DNA of 64,000 bases from Candidatus Uhrbacteria bacterium RIFCSPHIGHO2_02_FULL_46_47 (GTDB taxonomy: Bacteria; Patescibacteriota; Patescibacteriia; GWA2-47-26), in contig MGDU01000020.1 of the NCBI GenBank assembly GCA_001790815.1, positions 14,277-78,276 of the forward strand. Direction: 5' to 3'. Of this stretch, positions 37,563 through 46,583 are shown one piece after another (position 1 is the first letter of the stretch; each line of letters opens with the position of its first letter). The position numbers and the translations under genes were made by a program. Under the pieces are notes generated by a model. The model did not search any database. It was not told the DNA's origin and worked only from the letters and a program-made list of their open reading frames with translations.

Positions 37563-39194
37563 ATGAAATATGAACCTATAATCGGGTTGGAAATCCATGT
37601 TCAACTCAAAACTAAAAGCAAGCTTTTCTGCGGTTGCGACAATCGCGGAGAAGACGCGCCGCCAAATACTACCGTGTGCCCTATTTGCATGGGACATCCC
37701 GGGACGCTTCCGGTATTGAATAAACAAGCGCTGGAATTTGGACTGATGGAAGCGCTGGCTTTGAATTGCAAAATTCCGGAAAAAGCAAAATTTGACCGGA
37801 AGAATTATTTTTATCCTGATTTGCCCAAGGGTTATCAAATTTCCATGTTTGATGAGCCAATTTGCGTGGACGGGCTTGTGCCGATTGATATTCAAGCCAC
37901 CGGAGGCGCGCGCAAGTACGCGGAAATCCGCATTACTCGCATTCATCTTGAAGATGATGCGGCAAAGAGTATGCATGCTCCCCCCTCACCCGACCCTCGG
38001 TCTCCATCTCCCGAAGGGGTCGAAGACGGGCCGAGCGAGCGCAGGCCCCGGGGAGGGCAGGGTGAGGGTAAAAATTCCACCTACGTCGATTTCAACCGCG
38101 CTGGGACGCCTTTGACTGAAATAGTGACTGAGCCGGATTTTCGCTCCCCACTTGAAGCCAAAACTTTTTTACACGAATTGCGCCGCATTATGCGCTATCT
38201 TGGAGTATCTGACGCGGATATGGAAAAAGGGCATATGCGTTGCGATGCCAATATCTCGTTACGCCCCCTTTCTTCACAATCTCCCTCTCCCCGTATGGGA
38301 GAGGGCGGGGGTGAGGGGTTATACCCAAAAACCGAAATCAAAAATATCAACTCCTTCCGCGCGGTTGAGCGGGCTTTACAGTATGAAATCCAACGTCAAA
38401 CAAAACTTTGGGAAGCAGGAACGCCACCGACCATTACTACTACCCGCGGCTGGAATGATGCTGAAGGAGTAACTGAGGAACAACGCGTGAAAGAGGAATC
38501 AGCCGATTATCACTATTTTCCTGAACCGGATTTGCCGCCCCTGCTTCTCCATGAAATTGCGGAGCAAGTCCGTCCGCGCATGCCAGAACTTCCCCGCGCA
38601 AAACGCACGCGTTTTCAAGAAGAGTACGGATTTCCGTCCGGGGATGCAATAATTTTAACGGAGGAAAAACAGCTGGCGGATTATGTGGAAAAAGTCATGT
38701 CAGAACTCCAAGCCTGGGTACGCACTCTTGAAACCGAAGGAACAGAAGAGGAAAAATGGGAAACGAATAAAAAGAAACTTACAAAACTATTTTCCGGCTG
38801 GTTTATTTCCAAACTTTTTGGACTTATGGAAAAACATGCAGTTGATATCCGCCGCCTCAAAATTACTCCGGAAAACTTTGCCGAATTTTTAACGCTTCTT
38901 CACGAAAATAAAATTTCGTCTGCGTCAGGACTTAAGCTTCTTGAAGATATGCTTTTGACCGGTGGCCACCCGCGCCTGATGGTTAAAGAGAAAAAACTGG
39001 AGCAAGTAACCAATGAGGAAGAAATTGCCTCTGTGGTGCAAGAAATTATTGATGCCAACCCTGAACCAGTAGCGGATTTTAAAGCTGGCAAGCAAAATGC
39101 ATTACAATTTTTAGTTGGCCAAGTTATGAAAGCGACCAAAGGCCGCGCCAACCCTCCCCTTGCCCAAAAACTACTAAAAAAAATGTTAAAATAG
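37563..39194 (+). CDS. gatB: Asp/Glu-tRNA(Asn/Gln) amidotransferase subunit B with two in-frame repeat insertions
   Basis: MKYEPIIGLEIHVQLKTKSKLFCGCDN... with a C-terminal YqeY-like domain. Insertions at 37987-38069 (PPSPDPRSPSPEGVEDGPSERRPRGGQGEGK) and 38263-38320 (SSQSPSPRMGEGGGEGL). Confidence 0.93.
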   Translation: MKYEPIIGLEIHVQLKTKSKLFCGCDNRGEDAPPNTTVCPICMGHPGTLPVLNKQALEFGLMEALALNCKIPEKAKFDRKNYFYPDLPKGYQISMFDEPICVDGLVPIDIQATGGARKYAEIRITRIHLEDDAAKSMHAPPSPDPRSPSPEGVEDGPSERRPRGGQGEGKNSTYVDFNRAGTPLTEIVTEPDFRSPLEAKTFLHELRRIMRYLGVSDADMEKGHMRCDANISLRPLSSQSPSPRMGEGGGEGLYPKTEIKNINSFRAVERALQYEIQRQTKLWEAGTPPTITTTRGWNDAEGVTEEQRVKEESADYHYFPEPDLPPLLLHEIAEQVRPRMPELPRAKRTRFQEEYGFPSGDAIILTEEKQLADYVEKVMSELQAWVRTLETEGTEEEKWETNKKKLTKLFSGWFISKLFGLMEKHAVDIRRLKITPENFAEFLTLLHENKISSASGLKLLEDMLLTGGHPRLMVKEKKLEQVTNEEEIASVVQEIIDANPEPVADFKAGKQNALQFLVGQVMKATKGRANPPLAQKLLKKMLK

Positions 39195-39225
39195 ATAGCG
39201 GCACTTCATGTGCCGCTATCTATTT
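39188..39225. terminator. Bidirectional rho-independent terminator (perfect palindrome AAATAGATAGCGGCAC-TTCA-TGTGCCGCTATCTATTT)
   Basis: Lies between the convergent gatB and 39206..39970 genes, with A/T runs on both sides. Confidence 0.7.
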
Positions 39226-39970
39226 CTTTGATCTCATCCGGCCACTTTCCTTGATGTTCCTCAAGCCATTGCTTCAATTGACCAAGCCGCAAAGCGTTGT
39301 GCGGGACTGGTATTTCCCCTCCCTCAACCATCTTTTGCAATGCACTCAGATACCAACGATAGGTACGCGGATCAAAAAATACAAGCGTAAAAGCATGGAC
39401 CTGTTTTCCCAATCTTTCTTCCTCCACTGCACCAGGACTCTTTATAACCCAACACTCATTGCTTTGATGCTGTCCCCCGATTGATTCTCCAGCCCACCAT
39501 CCACCCTGACCTCCAGCTTCCTCACTCTCAAAAAATCCAAAATCTCCACGAGTAAAGCCTTCACGAAGAATACCCTTCCCGAAATGCGTTTGGATTCGCG
39601 CTGCCGACCCAAAAAGGCTTGACACATCGGTCTTATGAGCTCCCACTGATCCTAAGTGGGCTTCCTCTCGCACAGGTACTACCGTGCTACGATACCATGA
39701 CAAAAAATCGCGCACTTCACGATCTAACCACTCATATTTAGCGAGATGATCCCTATGCGCCGCTTCCCATTGCGGATCAGGCCCCACTGACGTGCGTTTC
39801 GCTGCCAATTGTACCATCGCCCTTTCCCACTCCTGGACAAACTCATCAGCATCTTTTATGCGTCTGGCGATCTCATTTTGCCACCATCGGCGGCTATATC
39901 GTTCTGCACTTTCACTCTCCATTATTATACGTCCTTCTGCCGACGGTAACGGTGTTCTCGATTCTGGCAT
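39206..39970 (-). CDS. Hypothetical protein
   Basis: 254 aa with coding-like composition. Convergent with gatB. Confidence 0.5.
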   Translation of the reverse strand: MPESRTPLPSAEGRIIMESESAERYSRRWWQNEIARRIKDADEFVQEWERAMVQLAAKRTSVGPDPQWEAAHRDHLAKYEWLDREVRDFLSWYRSTVVPVREEAHLGSVGAHKTDVSSLFGSAARIQTHFGKGILREGFTRGDFGFFESEEAGGQGGWWAGESIGGQHQSNECWVIKSPGAVEEERLGKQVHAFTLVFFDPRTYRWYLSALQKMVEGGEIPVPHNALRLGQLKQWLEEHQGKWPDEIKEIDSGT

Positions 39971-40222
39971 ATTCCACTACATTATCACACAGTACAACAA
40001 AAAGAAAGCCCCTTGCAGGGCTTCCTCTGGGATTCGTGATCCCAAGAAACAGAATCGTCTCATCAGCATTATTAGAATATCACAGGTACAACATACTGTC
40101 AAGCGCGAGCTTATCCACAAACCGGAGATGGATCGTAGAGGATTTTAACCCCTCTGGAATCGCTGATGAAACGTTTCTGGTCCCTAGACCACGACCCCCA
40201 AACCTCCGGCTTCGCCAGTATA

Positions 40223-41206
40223 TCACAAACGAAAATTTCGCACGAGCCGTGCGGCTTCTTTTTTATTTTTCACCCACACAATTCTCTTATCCCTTTTAAA
40301 CCACGTCATCTGTCGGCGGGAATAATCTTTTATCGCGCGAGAAAGCTCTTTTTGCATCGTTCCGAGATTGGCGCGATCGCGAGAATCTCGGAATCCTGTT
40401 TTGGCACGGTAATTTTGCAAATAACGACTTATATGTCGATATTCTAAACCAAAGGATTCTAGGCGCTTCCAGGACACGCCTTGCGCGTGCAAACGCTCAA
40501 CTTCCTTAATCATCCCCTGCTTTAACCGCTCTTTAAGGCGTTTATCAATTCGGGGATCAAGCACATGTTTTGGAAAAGTAAGGCCTAGCATCAGCATCTC
40601 ATAAGGCGGCGGATGTTTTACGCGCTGTTTGGAAAGTGGAATGCCGGTCACCACACAAATCTCAATTGCCCGCTCCAGACGGCGGCGATTATTTTTATCA
40701 ATAGTGCGATATGTTTCCGGATCTAACTTTTTAAGTTTGGCACGCAACTCACGCAATGACATCGTGGCTAATTTTTTTCGTAACTTCAGATCAGGCGATG
40801 CCTCTGGCAAAACATAGCCATCAACCACAGCTTGCACATAAAGTCCAGTGCCACCAACCAGAATTGGCACTTTGCCGCGGCGCAAAATATCATCAATTGC
40901 TCTATATGCGAGCTTTTGATACTGCGCAAGCGTAAAATTCGTCCTTGGACTGACGATGTCAATAAGATGATACGGAATCCCCTCACCCCCGTCCCTCTCC
41001 CCGCGGGAGAGGGTGGCCGCAGGCCGGGTGAGGGCGGGGTGATGGCCATATTCGCTTAAATCTTTCCCCGTTCCAATATCCATGCCCTTATATACCTGCC
41101 GCGAATCCGCGCTTACAATCTCGCCATTAAACTTTCGTGCCAACTCAACCGCGAGTTTTGTTTTACCAGTGGCAGTTGGTCCAACGATTACAATTAATTT
41201 TTGCAT
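40223..41206 (-). CDS. miaA: tRNA dimethylallyltransferase with an in-frame repeat insertion
   Basis: MQKLIVIVGPTATGKTKLAVELA...ADSRQVYKGMDIGTGK... Insertion 40974-41052 encodes LTRPAATLSRGERDGGEG. Confidence 0.9.
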   Translation of the reverse strand: MQKLIVIVGPTATGKTKLAVELARKFNGEIVSADSRQVYKGMDIGTGKDLSEYGHHPALTRPAATLSRGERDGGEGIPYHLIDIVSPRTNFTLAQYQKLAYRAIDDILRRGKVPILVGGTGLYVQAVVDGYVLPEASPDLKLRKKLATMSLRELRAKLKKLDPETYRTIDKNNRRRLERAIEICVVTGIPLSKQRVKHPPPYEMLMLGLTFPKHVLDPRIDKRLKERLKQGMIKEVERLHAQGVSWKRLESFGLEYRHISRYLQNYRAKTGFRDSRDRANLGTMQKELSRAIKDYSRRQMTWFKRDKRIVWVKNKKEAARLVRNFRL

Positions 41207-41244
41207 ATATTCTATCCTACCATATTAAGCATCTACCAAAAAGC

Positions 41245-41288
41245 ATGTTGTCAAAATAGCACGATCGTGTCAATTTGACAACAATTTA
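41245..41288. promoter_or_regulatory. Diverged copy of the 38-nt palindromic motif (ATGTTGTCAA..CGATCG..TTGACAACAATT)
   Basis: Shares the ATGT(T)GTCAA / CGATCG / TTGACA-AATT architecture and abuts the GC-rich island 41290-41650. Confidence 0.45.
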
Positions 41289-41353
41289 AAAAAAGAAAAA
41301 CTGGCGGCCGCAAGCACCACGTAAGTGATGCAAGCGGCGCGCCAGCGTGCAAC

Positions 41354-41590
41354 TCAGCATGAGGATCGATGAGGAGCTTCTTTGCGGAAGCGCCACCAGA
41401 TAATCGGCCATGCGAACAGCACGATCGTGACTCGAGAACTCGTCTGAAACAGAATTCCCTTGTCCTCCGAACCAGTGCGGCGCATCTCCTCCCACGTCAT
41501 TCCTGTGAGCCGCATCTCAAGGCGCACCATGACCACGATGCCGACGACGAGATACATTGCGAACACGAGCGCGATTTGCCAATCCATCAT
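41354..41590 (-). CDS. Small two-TM membrane protein in a GC-rich island
   Basis: MMDWQIALVFAMYLVVGIVVMV...IVLFAWPIIWW. The start was set at the internal MM of track ORF 41354..41617. Confidence 0.4.
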   Translation of the reverse strand: MMDWQIALVFAMYLVVGIVVMVRLEMRLTGMTWEEMRRTGSEDKGILFQTSSRVTIVLFAWPIIWWRFRKEAPHRSSC

Positions 41591-41755
41591 GTACACCTCC
41601 TGCGCGAAGGGTACCACATTTTTGGACTTTTGTCAAGGCCGGGGGGTGTGGTAGAATGAAAAAATGTAGCGCGGGGCTTTATGCCCCGCTTAAGCGGCAC
41701 ACAAGGTGCCGCGCTACCATTGCGCCGGCTAAAGACCGGCGGCTACAATAATCTT

Positions 41756-42649
41756 ATGTCCTCAGCCCATACCACCCATTCCACCACCCGCACACTTTGG
41801 ATTGCGATTGCGCTTGGAATCATTACACTGGTGATTGAAATTATAGGCGGTATTAAAGCCGGAAGTTTGGCCTTGCTTTCAGACGCCAGCCATGTGTTTT
41901 CTGATTTGCTTGCGCTCGGCATTACTCTTTTTGCTTTGCGGCTTGCCGCAAAACCATCAACTTCCCAGCGCACTTTTGGCTATCATCGCGCAGAGATTTT
42001 TGGCGCCCTTATCAATGGCCTGCTTTTGTTAATTATGGCCGCAAGCATTAGCGTTGAGGCATGGCAAAGACTTTCTGTCCCGCATGAAATTAAAGGCGGC
42101 CTTGTCTCGCTTATTGGTTTTATTGGCATAATGCCCAATGTCTGGACTGTACTGCAATTGCGCAAATCAGAAAATCTCAACATAAAAAGCGCGTTTTTGC
42201 ACGCGCTTGGCGACACGTTTTCCTCTGTAGCTGTAGTGGCAAGCGGTATTGCCATTGCCATTACCGGAATTTCTGCGTTTGATGGAGTGGCGAGCTTTTT
42301 TGTAGTATTACTCTTAATTGTTGGCGCCGTGCGGCTTTTGCGGCAGGTTGTTGTGATTTTTCTTGAAGGCACTCCGCCTGGCATTGATAGAGAAAAAATT
42401 TCCAAACTGGTCTGTGCACTCCAGGGCGTGCGCTCAACCCATGATGTGCATCTTTGGACGCTGTGCTCGGACGTGGTTTATTTTACCGGACACCTCGTGC
42501 TTGATGCGCCGGATTTAAAAAACGCGCAGGCAGTAGTTTCTCGCGCGACAGATGCGCTTGATAAAGAAGGCGTGCATCATGTGACACTACAGACAGAAAC
42601 TCCAGACCATGCCTGCACACGAAAGGAGGTCTGCGAGATAATACACTAG
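41756..42649 (+). CDS. Cation diffusion facilitator (CzcD-like) metal efflux transporter
   Basis: HxxxD motifs (HVFSDLLALG, HALGDTFSSV), 6 TM helices and a C-terminal cytoplasmic domain. The start was trimmed to the ATG at 41756. Confidence 0.85.
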   Translation: MSSAHTTHSTTRTLWIAIALGIITLVIEIIGGIKAGSLALLSDASHVFSDLLALGITLFALRLAAKPSTSQRTFGYHRAEIFGALINGLLLLIMAASISVEAWQRLSVPHEIKGGLVSLIGFIGIMPNVWTVLQLRKSENLNIKSAFLHALGDTFSSVAVVASGIAIAITGISAFDGVASFFVVLLLIVGAVRLLRQVVVIFLEGTPPGIDREKISKLVCALQGVRSTHDVHLWTLCSDVVYFTGHLVLDAPDLKNAQAVVSRATDALDKEGVHHVTLQTETPDHACTRKEVCEIIH

Positions 42650-42652
42650 GGG

Positions 42653-42680
42653 TTGACACCATCATCTGTAGGCGTACAAT
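42653..42680 (+). promoter_or_regulatory. Strong sigma70-like promoter (TTGACA-16-TACAAT)
   Basis: Near-consensus hexamers. Drives a ~140-nt unit that ends at the terminator 42806-42837. Confidence 0.55.
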
Positions 42681-42805
42681 GAAAATGAGGACAGGTGAAC
42701 GAGGGGGAGTTCTGTGGATAACACGTATTGTGAAAAGTACATGTTTATTCGGAGAAGCTGACCCTCTGTATCACACCCCCTCTCCTGCCCGACCAAATGC
42801 ATAAT

Positions 42806-42837
42806 AAAAACCCGCCTTTTGGGCGGGATTTTCTATT
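42806..42837. terminator. Bidirectional rho-independent terminator (CCCGCC-TTTT-GGGCGGG plus a T-run)
   Basis: Also lies just 3' of the minus-strand gene 42843..44720. Confidence 0.65.
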
Positions 42838-42842
42838 CAAAT

Positions 42843-44720
42843 CTACGGACACTCGGTCGCGTACTTGGCGTTGAGACAACCCGAATTGCATTTTGACACC
42901 GCGCCGGTGCATTTAGAGAGCGTCCCGATACAAGTATTTATACAATTTGATTTAGTCAGAAGATTGCCTGTCCCCTCGCAACCCGGGGTGCAGGCACTAT
43001 ATTCGGTATAACAATCTTGCGATTCGCCACACCCAGCGACGCAGGTATTATAAGTGGACTCTCTCACTTGCGAACAAGTTGGGCTTGGCTTCGGAACTAG
43101 TTTTGGCGTTGGTGGTGATGGCAAGGGCGTAATAGGCGTTGGTGAAATTGGTTTGGGCGAGGGTGGGATTGGGGCGGGCTTGGGCGGCGGAGCTGGGGTT
43201 GGTTTAATCTCATCATAGCCGCCATTGGCTAGGCCAGTGCCGTCAAACTCCGCGTAGCTGCTATTTTGCGGCAACAGCGCCACATCTACAAACGGCTTAA
43301 ACAGTCCTTCAACCATCTCGTTTGCCAAGAACATAAAATTTTCCGGATTTTTCCAAAGGTCCGCGATTATTTGGCCGGTTTGGAGGATTATGGAGCGTGA
43401 GTCCATACAGCCGCTCGTGGGTAAGGACGCACATGCAAAATCATAAATATCCACGGCCAGCATTAAATCTGCCCAAAAGGCCTTGCCCCCTAGGCGCACC
43501 AGCCGCGAGTCCCTCATTTCGGCGGCAATGGAAGCAACCAGTGTCAGATAAATATTTTTATCAATGCTTTTACCGGAGAGCGCGTTGTCAATTTCAATAG
43601 ACAAAAATGTTGAGAGAAGGATTTGCGATGGCTTGCTCCACTCGGAGGTAAAATATGGGAGAGAAGAAGCGAAAAACGGAATCTCGGCCAGATACTCCCA
43701 TTTAAACCATTTATCATCGGTCTTTTGGCCGACATCAGTACTAGGCTCAAAGATATAACAAATTGTCTTCGCAATCTCAAGCAGATATGTATTATAACCC
43801 TGCTCGTACAAAAGCGCGCTGGTGCAAGCGTCTTCGGTAGCGGCCCGCGCGGCCGGGATAAGCGTCAGCGGTTTTGGTTTAGAAGACTCGATTTGTTTTT
43901 CCACTGTTCCTAAAAAGCTTTTATAGTAAGCATCTATCCAGGCAACGTCTTTTGCGCTGATGTAATCCGTGCTTCCGCTGCCGGTTTTAACCTGGGCAAT
44001 TGCGCCCGGATTTTTAATAATTTTATCCACGGCCGCGAGGAGCTCTTGCATTGCCGTCTGGCCCTTGGCTGTTGCCGCTACTAGCTCTGGCGTCGAAGTC
44101 GCGATTTTTACAGAAAATGCTTTTAGACGTTCTACTGCGAGCGCCACAAACATCCGCGTCACGGCGCCCGTTGGCAAATTTGCCGCTCCTGTATTAGCAT
44201 AGACGCTGGGCAATGGCGGAATTGTAATTACTTTGTCGCGCACCTCGTTAGAAGTTTTGGCAATCAACTTTTTGCCAACTTTCTTCGCCTGAATAATTTT
44301 AACGGAAACTGTGTCCGAGAAAAACGCGCCGCGCGCGTCGCTATATCCAACCAGCGGCACCGGTGCCTCAATGGCATTGCTCGTAACTTTAAGCGCGGGC
44401 ATGAATAACGCTTCGCCTGCGCGGGTAGTGTAGACAATCGAGGTCGCGGCCTCCGGGTCAAACCCCTGACCTTTAATAGTCAAAGTACTAAAAGGCACAA
44501 ACCCAGGCTCGGGGATGGTGATTGCAATCTGCCCGGCCGGAGTAGCCGGAATGGGCTTGGCTGTTTCTGCCAATTCTTGCCCGCCTTTGCGGATTTGCCC
44601 CAACACAACGAACATTAGCGCCGTACCGAGGACAATGGCTCCGGCCAAAATAATCTTGGTAGTTGGTTTAAGTGTCATACTCCTTAATAAAAATCGCCTA
44701 ACGGGCGAGCTTAATGACAT
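42843..44720 (-). CDS. Large secreted/surface protein with a Pro-rich linker and a Cys-rich C-terminal domain
   Basis: N-terminal TM/signal, PTPAPPPKPAPIPPSPKPISPTPITPLPSPPTPK linker and a 14-Cys C-terminal module. Confidence 0.55.
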   Translation of the reverse strand: MSLSSPVRRFLLRSMTLKPTTKIILAGAIVLGTALMFVVLGQIRKGGQELAETAKPIPATPAGQIAITIPEPGFVPFSTLTIKGQGFDPEAATSIVYTTRAGEALFMPALKVTSNAIEAPVPLVGYSDARGAFFSDTVSVKIIQAKKVGKKLIAKTSNEVRDKVITIPPLPSVYANTGAANLPTGAVTRMFVALAVERLKAFSVKIATSTPELVAATAKGQTAMQELLAAVDKIIKNPGAIAQVKTGSGSTDYISAKDVAWIDAYYKSFLGTVEKQIESSKPKPLTLIPAARAATEDACTSALLYEQGYNTYLLEIAKTICYIFEPSTDVGQKTDDKWFKWEYLAEIPFFASSLPYFTSEWSKPSQILLSTFLSIEIDNALSGKSIDKNIYLTLVASIAAEMRDSRLVRLGGKAFWADLMLAVDIYDFACASLPTSGCMDSRSIILQTGQIIADLWKNPENFMFLANEMVEGLFKPFVDVALLPQNSSYAEFDGTGLANGGYDEIKPTPAPPPKPAPIPPSPKPISPTPITPLPSPPTPKLVPKPSPTCSQVRESTYNTCVAGCGESQDCYTEYSACTPGCEGTGNLLTKSNCINTCIGTLSKCTGAVSKCNSGCLNAKYATECP

Positions 44721-44729
44721 TTATCCACA

Positions 44730-46583
44730 CTAAGTCTTATTTTCAATTTCTTTTTTCACACGTTTGATAAACGCACTAACAGCCATTTGCGGCTGTTTTT
44801 GCTGTCCGCGAATGCGCACAGTTAATTTACGAAGTGACTTCTCTTTATCACCTATTACCAGCATATACGGAATCTTTTGCTTTTCTGCTTTGCGAATTTT
44901 ATAACCAACCGTATCGTTGCCATCATCTGTTTCCACCCGCAGCCCTTCGGCGCTGAGCATTTTCCCAAGCTTGCGTACAGCAGTGCTATGTCCTTTGCCA
45001 ACTGAACCCACATATACTTGCACCGGAGCAAGCCATACCGGAAACGCCCCGCCGTAGTGTTCAATAAGAATTGAAAGATAGCGTTCAATAGATCCCATAA
45101 TAGCCGCGTGGATCATGACAATACGCTCTTTTTCGCCTTTTTCATTCACACAAGTAAGATCAAACCGCTCTGGCTGATTCATATCCAGCTGAATAGTAGC
45201 AACTTGCCACTGCCGCCCGAGCGAATCTTTAGCCAAAAAATCAATTTTAGGGCCATAAAATGCCGCCTCCCCTTTTGCCTCTATTGCCTTTTCTCTTTTT
45301 TCTTTTATCACAGCACGTAATTGCCCTTCTGCATTCTGCCATTGCGCTTCTTCTCCAAGATATTTGTCCATCTGTGCGGGATCATGCAGTGAAAGACGCA
45401 CAGTAAGAGAAAATCCGGCAGCTTTATAAAATTTCTTAATAATTTCCCAGATATTGCTTATTTCCTTTCCAATCTGGGATGTTCGGCAAAACACATGCGC
45501 GTCATCTTGAGTAAAGGCGCGCACGCGAGAAAGGCCGTGCAACTCTCCGGTTTGCTCATCACGGTAGCATGTCGTTGTATTAGCATATCTCTGTGGGAGT
45601 TCGCGATAACTAAACTGCCGACGCGCATACAATTGAGTGTGGTGCGGACAATTCATCGGCTTCATCGCAAACTCATGCCCCTCACGCGTGGTAATCTTAA
45701 ATAATTCATCTTTAAACTTTTGCCAATGCCCGCTTTTTTCGTACAAATCTTTTTTGGTAATATGAGGGATTTCCACTTTTTGATAGCCATATGGCGCGCG
45801 CAATTCCCACACAAAATTATCAAGTGTGTTGCGCAAAAATGTACCCTTGGGCGTCCAAAGCGGAAGACCTGGGCCGACTAAATCTGAAAAAGTAAAAAGA
45901 TCTAGTTGTTCGCCAAGTTTGCGGTGATCTCTCTTTTCTGCCTCAGCCATCATTTCCAAATGCTTTTTTAATTCATCTTCAGTATAAAATGCAAGGCCGT
46001 AAATGCGCTGAAGTTGCTTGTTCTTTTCGCTTCCTCGCCAATATGCGCCGGCAATGCTGGTAAGTTTAAATACGCCAATTTGTCCAGAATGTTCCACATG
46101 CGGCCCGCGACAAAGATCAATAAACTTCCCAGTTTCATAAACTGAAACCTTCATAACCCCCTTGTCCCCCCTTATCTTAAGGGGGGTACTTATTTTTTCT
46201 CCCTCCCTTAAGGTAAGGGAGGGTTGGGGAGGGTTATGCAGAATCTCATCCATCTTCGTCGTACCATGCTTCTTGATATCCTCAAGGAGTTCTACCTTAA
46301 AATCCTGCCCGCGCCCCTTAAAATATGCAATCGCTTCCTCAAGCGGCATTTCACGGCGCACAAACTTTTCCTTGCGCTTCTGAATCTCCTTTATCCGCTT
46401 TTCAATTTTAAGCAAGTCCACTGGTGTAAATTTGTGCTCCAAATCAAAATCATAAAAAAAGCCGTTTTCAATCACCGGCCCTACTCCCAATTTTGTGTCG
46501 GGGAATAATTCAAGAACCGCGCCAGCAAGAATGTGGGCGGTTGAGTGGCGTACTGTTTCTATGGGAAAATGCTCGTCGGCCAT
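44730..46583 (-). CDS. thrS: Threonyl-tRNA synthetase with an in-frame repeat insertion
   Basis: Class II motifs (...CRGPHVEHSGQIGVFKL..., ...MIHAAIMGSIERY...). Insertion 46145-46245 encodes PPQPSLTLREGEKISTPLKIRGDKG. Confidence 0.92.
   Translation of the reverse strand: MADEHFPIETVRHSTAHILAGAVLELFPDTKLGVGPVIENGFFYDFDLEHKFTPVDLLKIEKRIKEIQKRKEKFVRREMPLEEAIAYFKGRGQDFKVELLEDIKKHGTTKMDEILHNPPQPSLTLREGEKISTPLKIRGDKGVMKVSVYETGKFIDLCRGPHVEHSGQIGVFKLTSIAGAYWRGSEKNKQLQRIYGLAFYTEDELKKHLEMMAEAEKRDHRKLGEQLDLFTFSDLVGPGLPLWTPKGTFLRNTLDNFVWELRAPYGYQKVEIPHITKKDLYEKSGHWQKFKDELFKITTREGHEFAMKPMNCPHHTQLYARRQFSYRELPQRYANTTTCYRDEQTGELHGLSRVRAFTQDDAHVFCRTSQIGKEISNIWEIIKKFYKAAGFSLTVRLSLHDPAQMDKYLGEEAQWQNAEGQLRAVIKEKREKAIEAKGEAAFYGPKIDFLAKDSLGRQWQVATIQLDMNQPERFDLTCVNEKGEKERIVMIHAAIMGSIERYLSILIEHYGGAFPVWLAPVQVYVGSVGKGHSTAVRKLGKMLSAEGLRVETDDGNDTVGYKIRKAEKQKIPYMLVIGDKEKSLRKLTVRIRGQQKQPQMAVSAFIKRVKKEIENKT

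Noticed and set aside
37987-38069. In-frame insertions in gatB, miaA, pheST, dnaE and folA as inteins
   Set aside because: They are only 15-55 residues long, they lack intein splice-junction residues and endonuclease motifs, and they are recognisable DNA palindromes shared between unrelated genes.
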